Positions 27,630-36,007 of a DNA stretch of 46,509 bases are shown piece after piece. How positions within the stretch are numbered: the stretch's first letter is position 1; the number at the start of each line of letters is the position of its first letter. Under the pieces are notes generated by a model. The model searched no databases, was not told the DNA's origin, and was given only the letters and a program-made list of their open reading frames with translations. The stretch comes from Lentisphaeria bacterium (GTDB taxonomy: Bacteria; Verrucomicrobiota; Lentisphaeria; Oligosphaerales; Oligosphaeraceae), in the NCBI GenBank assembly GCA_028706165.1, contig JAQWBY010000001.1, positions 1 to 46,509 of the forward strand, read 5' to 3'. The position numbers and the translations under genes are program-made.

Positions 27630-30600
27630 TCAGGGCAAATCGACACAGGCGTAGCTGCGTGGCGCCAGCTTTCCGCTCAGTCCGCGGAAGGACCATGCCT
27701 GCTCGTCGCTGCTGTAGTTGGCCAGAACGAGCGCCTTGCGGCCATCGGGGGCTTGCCAGCAGGAGTGGAGGACGGCGGGCTGCTCCTTGGTGAAGACCCG
27801 GCATTGAGCCTCCTTGGTGAAGATCATGCGGGCCATGAAGGACACGCTGCGTTTGTCGCAGGTAAAGCCGTCAGGCGAGAGCATCTGACCGTCAAAAAGG
27901 AAGGCGCGTTGCGCGTGGTAGAAGCGCGCGGTGTCGAGGATGAAGCGGTAGATCTCGGCGAATTCCGGGTCGGTCTGGACGGCCGGGCGGATGTGGCAGA
28001 TCATGGGCTGGGCGCCCCAGACGACGGTGCGGGCGAGCTCGATGAAGAACTGGTCCGGGTAGAGTTTGTGCCACGGCTGTTCGTGCTGCCAGCGGTCGGC
28101 GTCAGGCCACTTGGGGTCCCACGGCGGAATGCCGTCGGGATGGGCGTAATTGCCGAAGAACGCGTACTTGCCGTGGTAGACAGCGGTGAAGAGCGGCAGG
28201 GTGTCGCGGGAAATGCCAAGGTGCTCGCTGGAGGTGGAGTTGCAGATGATGGAGCCGTCGAAGAGGTCCATGTAGGCCTCGTGCGCGGTTTCCGTGGTCA
28301 GTGGGTAGTCCGGGTACTCGCGACGGAGCCGTTCCAGCAGGCTCCGGAAGCCCTGGATGGCGTAGTTGCCGCCGCCCTTGGCGTGCTGATGGGCGGGGTT
28401 GTAGCAGGGCGTGTAGCTGGCGCAGCCGATCATGTCAAGGTACTGGCCATTGAGGCCGCTGGCATGAAGCTCGCCCAACAACGCGCTGATGCGGTCGTGG
28501 AAAGCCGGTGCCTCGCCGCACATGAAGGCCAGGCGGTGCTGGTTGTACTTGTTGAAGGCCACGGCCTGCTCCGTGCCGTCGCGCTTGACGACCACGCCAT
28601 CACGGCCGCCTTGCTCGAAATCGACGCCGTCGAGATCCCAGCAGACGCCGTTGACATAAACCTGGCTGTAAATGCCTTGGTCGCGCAGGCGCTTGATGGC
28701 AGTGCGGAAGGGCCCGACGCCTTCGCGCGGCGGCCAGAAATTGGGGTAGTCGGTGTCGTAGGGGTTGTTGTGCCACCAGTACCAGTCAAGGGCTACCGGC
28801 ACGCCGGCGTCCTGCTGGAGTTTCTCGACCGTGGGCACGACGTCCTTGATCAGCCCGCGGTTCCATACCCACATGGCGATGTCCCGCATGGGATTCGCCG
28901 TCGGCCGGGACGCCCACCATGACTGCGCACAGGCCCAGGGCTTGTAGATTTGCGCGGCGTCATACCAGCCGCCCGTAAAATACGCCACGCTGGATGGATA
29001 GGGCACGGTACAGCCCGCCGCCGCCTTGGCGCCAGCACCGACCATGAAAATGCCGTTGTAGGTTACGGACCAGCCATCAGGAGCAACCGCGAATTCGCCG
29101 GCCTTGTTATACCAGGCGGGATCGCGGTGGTCCATGTAGACGCAGGGGCCAGCCGTGTTCAACAGTGCGTTGAACTGCATGGAGCGGAAGCCCTCCCGGC
29201 GGGTCGTGCCGGCAGCTGGCAGCGTGTCGTCATGGAGCTCTACGCCCATGTCCCAGCTGCCGAGCACAATGCGCGAACTGCCGTCAAAGGGCGCGCGGAT
29301 AAGGGGAAAGTGGACTTCCTCGAAGAATTCGTCGCCGGCGTAGCCGTCGCATGCCCAGCGGCCTTCGAAGCGGCCGTCGGCGCACTGTGTCCACGTCGCG
29401 GTGGCGCGGAAGGCCTCGCCCAGGACAGGATGGCCCTGCCAGACAATCGTCGCGCTCTTGCCATCGGCGCTGATGTCCTGGCTGCGGCGCAGCATGTCCG
29501 CCGAGCTATAGCGTTGGGGCCCGGCCGCGCCGCCGGCCTTGCCGATGACAACGCGCCAGCCTTCGTCGGCGTCGCGGAGGAATTCGACGAGGGTGGCGGG
29601 CGTCCGCCGTCGCAGCCACTGCAGGGCGACTTGCACCGGCGATGGTTTTTCGCCGCTGAAATGCTTGAGGGCGTCCAGCGCCGCGAAGAGCGTCTCGCAG
29701 GCCTGGCGGTAGTCCACCTGCGCAATTTCCACCAGGAGGCGGGTGCCGCGGTCGAGGAGTTTCTTGTTGGTGCAATCGACCCAGCTCATCCAGTTGCCGG
29801 TGACGCGCCCCATGAGAGCCATGGTGCCCGTCGATATGGTATTGAGCACGAGCTTGAGGGCGAGGTGCTTCATCAGCCCCAGAGCGCCGCTGGCGTCGGC
29901 CGCGTTGATGACGACGGCATCGGGAAAGTCGCTTTGCGGGGTCAGCGCCAGCACGGCATGGCGTTGGAAGCGCGGGCGGAGCGCGGCATAAGCCTGGCGC
30001 AGCGGTGCGTCATCCGCAAGTATGACCATCACGGCGGCATCGGCGGCTTGATCGCAGCGTTCGTCGAGCTCTTCGGCGCCAATGGGGAACTGCAGGAGAT
30101 CGGTGGCGCTGAGCGCGGGCGGGTTGTTGCGAATCTTGTCCGCAGTGCCCATGGCGTCGTAGTCGGCCACGCTCCAGTTGAGGCAGCGCAGCGGTCGGTG
30201 CATGCTGCGCGACCAGGCATCAGCAGTGTCACAGAGGGGATTCTTGACGAAGGCCCATGGCGCCGGCGCGCTCTTGTTGTCTCGCCGGCGGAAAGGCGGC
30301 AGCATGAAAGTCGGTGAGCGCTCGGTGGTATCGGTGAAGATGTCGAGCATGAAGTCATTGGCGAAGTAGGTGACTTTGCCCTTTTGGCGATAGACGTCGG
30401 CCTCGAAGGTCATGTAGTCGGCGATGGCCTGGGCATTGTCGTCGCGTTCCAGTGAGTCGAGCAACGCCGCGAAGTCTGTTGCATAGTCGCGCTGGGGTCG
30501 GCCAAGGAGCCGGTGCATGACGCTTTCCAGGGCGGCGCCGGCCACGAGCTGCTCGGCGGTGGTCGCCTGCATGCGCGTCGAACCCGCCAAGGCCATCGGG

Positions 30601-31274
30601 CCGCAATAGAGATCAAGCACGCAGACACGCGGATCACGAATCGCCCGTCGCGAACGCTCCAGACGCTCTGCCAAGAGCTCGGCCGGGTTATTGAACAGCA
30701 GGAAGACCGCCGCACCGCGCGCAAGCGCTTCGTCCACTGTGCCCAGGACTGACGAGGTCTCGCCGCCCTCGGTGATGGCCACCAGCATGTCCCGGGAGCA
30801 CATCTGTGCATCTTGGACTTGCCGGTGGCCAAAGGCCGCGTAGTCCTCAAAGAATTCCACTGAGCGCACCAGCGCGTAGTCGCCGCCGGTCATGATGCTC
30901 TCGACCTGATTGGCATACGGCGCCGCCGCTGCGTCCTTGGCGCAGCAGTCGCGCCACATGCCCTCCAGCAGAATGCTCAGGCGGCCCGTTGCGCCACAGC
31001 CGGAAAAGATGATGCGGCCGCCCCCCCGGATGGTCTTTTCGCCGCAGTCGACCAGCTGCGCGTAGGGCGCTGCCGCCAGCACCTGCCGGGCCATCGCCAG
31101 CACTTCGCGGTCCACCCGCTGCAGCGTGCGCACGCCTGCCAGTGGCGAGCGCAGAAAGTCGTCCGCCATGCTGCGCGTCAGCGGATTGGATTGCTCCGTC
31201 GGCAGAAAGCCCAGGTGAAACTGGCTCTCGTCATTGATGAACTGATCGGCCTGCCTGCGTATCTTTTCGTCCAT
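27630..31274 (-). CDS. Fusion of a MurQ/GKRP-like double-SIS region and a DUF6259-like glycoside-hydrolase-type TIM barrel (1214 aa)
   Basis: N-half: PTEQSNP, GGRIIFSGCGATGRL, SVEFFED, GSTRMQA, KLVLNTISTGTMALMGRV.GNWM, NKKL.DRG. C-half: WYDAAQIYKPW, DWYWWH..PYD..YP, GQYLDMIG. ATG at 31274. Confidence 0.75.
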   Translation of the reverse strand: MDEKIRRQADQFINDESQFHLGFLPTEQSNPLTRSMADDFLRSPLAGVRTLQRVDREVLAMARQVLAAAPYAQLVDCGEKTIRGGGRIIFSGCGATGRLSILLEGMWRDCCAKDAAAAPYANQVESIMTGGDYALVRSVEFFEDYAAFGHRQVQDAQMCSRDMLVAITEGGETSSVLGTVDEALARGAAVFLLFNNPAELLAERLERSRRAIRDPRVCVLDLYCGPMALAGSTRMQATTAEQLVAGAALESVMHRLLGRPQRDYATDFAALLDSLERDDNAQAIADYMTFEADVYRQKGKVTYFANDFMLDIFTDTTERSPTFMLPPFRRRDNKSAPAPWAFVKNPLCDTADAWSRSMHRPLRCLNWSVADYDAMGTADKIRNNPPALSATDLLQFPIGAEELDERCDQAADAAVMVILADDAPLRQAYAALRPRFQRHAVLALTPQSDFPDAVVINAADASGALGLMKHLALKLVLNTISTGTMALMGRVTGNWMSWVDCTNKKLLDRGTRLLVEIAQVDYRQACETLFAALDALKHFSGEKPSPVQVALQWLRRRTPATLVEFLRDADEGWRVVIGKAGGAAGPQRYSSADMLRRSQDISADGKSATIVWQGHPVLGEAFRATATWTQCADGRFEGRWACDGYAGDEFFEEVHFPLIRAPFDGSSRIVLGSWDMGVELHDDTLPAAGTTRREGFRSMQFNALLNTAGPCVYMDHRDPAWYNKAGEFAVAPDGWSVTYNGIFMVGAGAKAAAGCTVPYPSSVAYFTGGWYDAAQIYKPWACAQSWWASRPTANPMRDIAMWVWNRGLIKDVVPTVEKLQQDAGVPVALDWYWWHNNPYDTDYPNFWPPREGVGPFRTAIKRLRDQGIYSQVYVNGVCWDLDGVDFEQGGRDGVVVKRDGTEQAVAFNKYNQHRLAFMCGEAPAFHDRISALLGELHASGLNGQYLDMIGCASYTPCYNPAHQHAKGGGNYAIQGFRSLLERLRREYPDYPLTTETAHEAYMDLFDGSIICNSTSSEHLGISRDTLPLFTAVYHGKYAFFGNYAHPDGIPPWDPKWPDADRWQHEQPWHKLYPDQFFIELARTVVWGAQPMICHIRPAVQTDPEFAEIYRFILDTARFYHAQRAFLFDGQMLSPDGFTCDKRSVSFMARMIFTKEAQCRVFTKEQPAVLHSCWQAPDGRKALVLANYSSDEQAWSFRGLSGKLAPRSYACVDLP

Positions 31275-31403
31275 GAAAGCAACTCCCCGACAGTGTATTG
31301 AGCATGGAATAGCGCCAAATGGCGTGCATTTTTGTCCATAACGACAAAACCTCGGTGAATCTAGCTCGCGACGCCCAAAAAACAACAGGCGCATGGACCG
31401 CCC

Positions 31404-31508
31404 CCAAGGTGTTTGGTAATCGTTCCGTGGGGTGGCCGCTCGCGGCCGCCAGGACCAATAACCAAGGTGTTTGGAAATCGTTCCGTGGGGTGGCCGCTCG
31501 CGGCCGCC
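31404..31508 (+). repeat. Two direct 47-bp repeats (58-bp period) ending in a GTGG-led REP-like palindrome
   Basis: CCAAGGTGTTTGG(T/A)AATCGTTCCGTGGGGTGGCCGCTCGCGGCCGCC at 31404-31450 and 31462-31508, 1 mismatch. Confidence 0.9.
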
Positions 31509-31736
31509 CACCAGACGGCGAGACTGCTTGGCCCTGTCATCGTCGCTGAAGGCAAGTATAGTAGCTGGTCATTTTTGCGAAATTTTGGCCTCGTCATTGA
31601 CTGTCGATTAGCGTTGGCTTGAGTGTCTTTCCGGCGCAGTCTGGCCCATGCCAGGGGCGGGGCTTCTTGGCTTTGAGCAAAAACAGGAATTCGTGACGTG
31701 GGATTTTACAGTGACGTAACCCGGTGCGGCGCAGCG

Positions 31737-33809
31737 ATGGCGGTCTTTCTCAGGGCCTCTTTGTGGGCGGGGATGCTGCTGTTGTGCAACTGCGCGGGAG
31801 CCAACGATAGACTGCAAACAGCGAAAGCGGGGAATGGTATGGAATCACAACACTGTGAAGATTTTAGCTTGTCATGCCGGTTGCGCCGCGATGTCCCGGC
31901 CGGCGAATTGATCGTTCTTCCCGGGGTCTGCGTGCTCCTTCTCCGACAGGCTGGTGATGACGCCGCGCTGCGAGCCTGGGATAGCCAGCAGAATTATCAC
32001 CGCTACGCCTTTGCCGATGGCCGGTGTCCGGTTCTGGAGGCCGTCTTGACCGTACATAGCGCCAATCGTCCGGAGTGGTGCGAAATCCGCGTAGGATTTC
32101 CCCTGCGTTGCCTGCAGGGTCAGGGGCAAGACCAGGATGAACTCGCGGTGCTTGTCGACTTCAGCGGCGCGGCTTTGCGACTGTACATAGATGGCCGGCT
32201 GATGGACGAGAATTTCCCCTACGGCTATCCGCCCAGGCCGACTGCTGGAGCGATGCGGGTGGCGGCGGGCGTCACGGCACCGGCTCTGTCCTGCCCGGGC
32301 CAGCGTCCGCCGGCAGCGGCGCCACGGACGGGGCTGCGGGCGCAGTATTTCACGCCAGAGGGGCATAACAGCTGGGTTGGCGACGTCGTGACCTTTTATC
32401 ATGCCGGCGTCTTTCACATTTACTACCTGCTTGACCGCCGCCATCACGCCAGCAAATTCCGCTGCGGCGGTCACTATTTCGCCCATCTTTCTTCCAGTGA
32501 TCTGCGGCATTGGACGGGGCACCCCGCAGCGATCGGCATTGATGAGCAGTGGGAGACCATCGGCACCGGCACGCCATTTCTCTGGGACGGCCGCGTCTGT
32601 TTTTCCTACGGCATGCACTCATCGCGCATGGACGCATCCGCGCGCGAGTCTCTCCGGGTCCAGCGTGAGTACCTGGCCGCCCATGGCCGCAGCGGCGTCT
32701 TTACCCGCGAGGAGCTGCCCGGCGTGCCTGCAGGCACGCTCTATGCTGTCAGCGACGACGGCATCAGCTTCCGCAAAAGCGGTGAAGTCATTCATCCCTG
32801 CGAAAATCCGAGCATCTACGCCTTGCCGGACGGCCAGCTGCTGCTCTTCGCTGGCTACGGATTGGAGGGCACCTGGCTGTCTGACCGCATTGGCGCCTGG
32901 CGTTGCGTCAATCCGTCCTTTCCGCCAAGCGGCGGCGGCGCCCCCATGCGCAACAGCACGGAATGCCAGTGTTATTTTGCCTGGCGTGGCCGCGACTACG
33001 TCCTCGGGGGCTTTTCGGGCTTCTTTGTCAGTGACTCCGGCCCGCTCGGGCCCTACCGCGATCTGGCAGCCGAAGGGCACGATCTCTATGACGGCCTTGG
33101 CGTACCCATGGTCGCGGCGTTCGCTGGCGACCGGCGCATCCTGGCCGGCTGGCTTGCCGGCAATGGCTGGGGCGGGCAACTGGTACTGCGCGAATTGATC
33201 CAGCTCCCCGACGGCAACATCGGCATGAAGTGGCTGCCCGAGGCCACGCCTGACACGGCGCCGCCCGAAGTCGTTGCCGAAAGCGTCGTCATCGAGCCGG
33301 GCCAAGTCCGTTGTGGCCGCGAATTGCCTGCGCAGTCGCAGTTGCTGAGCATGCGTGTCACACCGTCGGCAACGGCACCCGGGCGCTTCGCCCTGCGCGT
33401 CCACGGCGACGGCGGCCAATGTTGTGAGCTACAGCTGGATTTTGCCCGCGGTCGCGCCCAGTGGCATGATCAGTGCCCCGATGCTGCGCTCGCCGCGGCC
33501 CTGCCCAGCGCTCGCGAGCTCTGCGCGCAGAACCCCGACGTCATGAGCTTCAGCAAGCTGCCGAATACCCACATGCGCGGGCGTAATTACTGCCGGGAAA
33601 ATGTCCTCGTCGCCGCTGCGCCCACCGACTTGCGCCTGATGGTGATTGTCGACAACAAACTGGGCGGCTGCATCCTTGATGCGGAATTCGCCGGCCGGCA
33701 GACCATGATCACCTGTCGGCCGGGCCTGTGGCCGCGCCGCGTCGAGCTGCTGGCGGAAAGCGCCACGGCTGTCGCTGACTTCAGCATCGCGGCGCTACGC
33801 GCGGATTAA
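31737..33809 (+). CDS. GH32-like (clan GH-J beta-propeller) glycoside hydrolase with an N-terminal LamG-like module, probably exported
   Basis: WVGDVVTFYHAGVFHIYYL, HLSSSDLRHW, GTGT, SDDG, TEC, RRILAGW and LVLRELIQ. Hydrophobic N-terminus. Start uncertain (31698, 31737 or 31839). Confidence 0.75.
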   Translation: MAVFLRASLWAGMLLLCNCAGANDRLQTAKAGNGMESQHCEDFSLSCRLRRDVPAGELIVLPGVCVLLLRQAGDDAALRAWDSQQNYHRYAFADGRCPVLEAVLTVHSANRPEWCEIRVGFPLRCLQGQGQDQDELAVLVDFSGAALRLYIDGRLMDENFPYGYPPRPTAGAMRVAAGVTAPALSCPGQRPPAAAPRTGLRAQYFTPEGHNSWVGDVVTFYHAGVFHIYYLLDRRHHASKFRCGGHYFAHLSSSDLRHWTGHPAAIGIDEQWETIGTGTPFLWDGRVCFSYGMHSSRMDASARESLRVQREYLAAHGRSGVFTREELPGVPAGTLYAVSDDGISFRKSGEVIHPCENPSIYALPDGQLLLFAGYGLEGTWLSDRIGAWRCVNPSFPPSGGGAPMRNSTECQCYFAWRGRDYVLGGFSGFFVSDSGPLGPYRDLAAEGHDLYDGLGVPMVAAFAGDRRILAGWLAGNGWGGQLVLRELIQLPDGNIGMKWLPEATPDTAPPEVVAESVVIEPGQVRCGRELPAQSQLLSMRVTPSATAPGRFALRVHGDGGQCCELQLDFARGRAQWHDQCPDAALAAALPSARELCAQNPDVMSFSKLPNTHMRGRNYCRENVLVAAAPTDLRLMVIVDNKLGGCILDAEFAGRQTMITCRPGLWPRRVELLAESATAVADFSIAALRAD

Positions 33810-33818
33810 GCGGCGCCG

Positions 33819-34607
33819 TCAGCGTCCGACGCTGTACAGGCCGATATCGGCGCGGTTGCTGAGCCAGCCGGGAGCGCCCTGCTCGAGGAGGCGGCGGTTG
33901 CCGACGTCGGTGTCGGAGTAAAATGCATTGGCACGCAGGCCGAGTTCTTTGCAGAGCGCGTAGCATTCCGGCCCGCTGTGCGCGGCGACTGGTTGCACAA
34001 AACGGCACCCGAGCTCTTTGCAGATGCGCAGCTGATCGGGAGCGCCGCGCTCTTTCCACGGCGGCGTGTAGCAGATTTCAATGGCCGGATTGATAGCGCG
34101 GACGGTCTTGATCTCGTCCAGCGACGCCAGCGTGAGATAGCCGTGGTCGACCATGTCGTACTTCAGGTACAGACGGCAGATTTCGGCAATGCCGGCCGCG
34201 CCGGCATAGACCTGGATATTCATGCCGACGCGGCCGCGGAATTCCTGCAGGATGTCCTCAAAACTGGCGATGGGCATGTCCGCGTAGGTGGCGGGGCGCG
34301 GCGGCTGCTCAGGGGCGTTCTGGTGGGAAAAATTGCCCTGTTTGAGCTCGGCGAGAGTGTAGTTTGCGGGCGGCCCCTGGAGGTTGGAGGTCCGGTCAAG
34401 CGTGGCATCGTGCAGGAGGACAGGCACGCCGTCCTTGGTCATGCGCAGGTCGAACTCGATCATGTCGCTGCCCCATTCTGCTGCCTTGCGCATAGCCAGC
34501 GCGCAGTTTTCCGGGTAGCAGCCACTGGCGCCGCGATGCGCGGTGATGATGACTTGGTCCCAGTCCTCATAGAGGGCCGTCAGGGACTGATAACGACTCG
34601 TTGCCAT
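33819..34607 (-). CDS. Glycerophosphodiester phosphodiesterase family protein
   Basis: TAHRGASG..PEN and IEFDLRMTKDGVPVLLHDATLDRT. Confidence 0.9.
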   Translation of the reverse strand: MATSRYQSLTALYEDWDQVIITAHRGASGCYPENCALAMRKAAEWGSDMIEFDLRMTKDGVPVLLHDATLDRTSNLQGPPANYTLAELKQGNFSHQNAPEQPPRPATYADMPIASFEDILQEFRGRVGMNIQVYAGAAGIAEICRLYLKYDMVDHGYLTLASLDEIKTVRAINPAIEICYTPPWKERGAPDQLRICKELGCRFVQPVAAHSGPECYALCKELGLRANAFYSDTDVGNRRLLEQGAPGWLSNRADIGLYSVGR

Positions 34608-34810
34608 AGCTCGTTGTGCTCCTTTATTTCGTCACCAAATTTCCTGTCCGGCAGCCTGTCGGAAACTGTTTTTGGGCTGCCGGGCTGATTGTATCACTGT
34701 TCTTGTCGCGGTAATGTACATCCCTCACGCACAAATCACATACGCCGGGGGGGCAGGAAGTCGCCGCCGGCATAACGAGTGACAAGGTACGCAACATTTA
34801 CGGAGAGGTT

Positions 34811-35638
34811 ATGAAGCTGGCCATATCGACCCTGGGATGCCCTGAGTGGAATTTCATGAAGGTCCTGACGGAGTTAAGCATCTGTGGCGTCAAGGGTCTG
34901 GAAGTCCGCGGCCTCGACGGCGAGATGGACGCCGAAAAAATCAGCTGGTTCATGCCTGAGAACATGGCCGAGACCCAGAAGCTCATGAACCGCTTTGGCC
35001 TGAAATGGGTCAGCTTCGGCTCCTCGGCGAATTTCCATGACGAGAAGACCTGCGCGGGCAATATCGCTTCTGCCAAGCGGGCCATAGACATCTGTCAGCG
35101 CATGGGCATTCCGGCGATCCGTGTCTTTGGCGATCAGATCAAGGACCCGTCCCAGCGCGACGCGATTGTCCAACGCGTCATCGCTGCCCTCAAAGACCTC
35201 AGCGACTACGGCGCGGCCAAGGGCGTCGACGTCAATCTGGAAATCCATGGCAATTTCAACAGCGTCGAGGTGATTGAGCCCATCGTCACGGCCCTCAAGC
35301 GCAACAAGGCTTTTGGCATTCTCTGGGATGTGCAGCACAGCGACAAGACCTGCGGCGACGACTTCATGCCCTTCTACCAGCTGATCAAGCCCAAGCTCAA
35401 ACACGTCCATATCAAGGACTACCAGCGCGGCGAGAATGGGCAGTTCAAGCTCTGCATGCTCGGCGAAGGCGACATCCCGCTGGGGAAGATCATCAAGCAG
35501 CTCCAGGAGGACAAATACAAGGGCTACTTCTCATTCGAATGGGAGAAGAAGTGGCACCCCGAGCTGGCTGAGCCCGAAGTGGCCTTCCCGGCTTTCGTTA
35601 CTTTCATGAAGCGCCTGGAACTGAAAAAGGCCCTCTGA
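34811..35638 (+). CDS. Sugar phosphate isomerase/epimerase (xylose isomerase-like TIM barrel)
   Basis: STLGCPEW, LEVRG, IRVFG, LEIHG, ILWDVQH, HVHIKD, GEGDIP and SFEWEK.WHP. GGAGAGG RBS. Confidence 0.88.
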   Translation: MKLAISTLGCPEWNFMKVLTELSICGVKGLEVRGLDGEMDAEKISWFMPENMAETQKLMNRFGLKWVSFGSSANFHDEKTCAGNIASAKRAIDICQRMGIPAIRVFGDQIKDPSQRDAIVQRVIAALKDLSDYGAAKGVDVNLEIHGNFNSVEVIEPIVTALKRNKAFGILWDVQHSDKTCGDDFMPFYQLIKPKLKHVHIKDYQRGENGQFKLCMLGEGDIPLGKIIKQLQEDKYKGYFSFEWEKKWHPELAEPEVAFPAFVTFMKRLELKKAL

Positions 35639-35710
35639 ACAGGCATTCCAACCCAGTAATGCGCCACGCCGGTCCTGCAACCGCCTGGCCGCGTAGCGGG
35701 ACCACTCCGA

Positions 35711-35885
35711 GTAACCGCTCAGTAATCACCCCGGTGGGAAAAACACCGGGGACAATTTGCAGGAAACCCACGGCCAGTCGTCGCCCAGCCATTCGAACTT
35801 GATTTCCGCCGATCTTTGCGGCAGCGGGTTTCATAGGAGTAACCACCCTGGTGTTTTCCCCTCCGGGGGGGAGACCGATTACTGA
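35711..35885. repeat. Dispersed intergenic repeat family C, copy 1, with an inverted partner hairpin
   Basis: 35711-35793 is near-identical to 41544-41626. The hairpin CCCCGGTG-GGAAAAA-CACCGGGG recurs inverted and degenerate at about 35845-35885. Confidence 0.8.
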
Positions 35886-36007
35886 CGTACTATGGTGAAT
35901 GAAGGGCAAGCCGAGGGGACTGCGGAAGCCAATATCTCGCTTGGCTGCGGGGTGGGTTATGGCGGTTAGTATTGTATTCTCTGTAACGAGACAGCGAGGT
36001 GGTGGCT

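Noticed and set aside
31404-31508. Mini-CRISPR or coding N-terminal extension (ORF start at 31511)
   Set aside because: Two 47-bp repeats with an 11-bp gap are not CRISPR geometry. The extension merely translates the repeat, and MurQ-like sequence begins just after ATG 31274.
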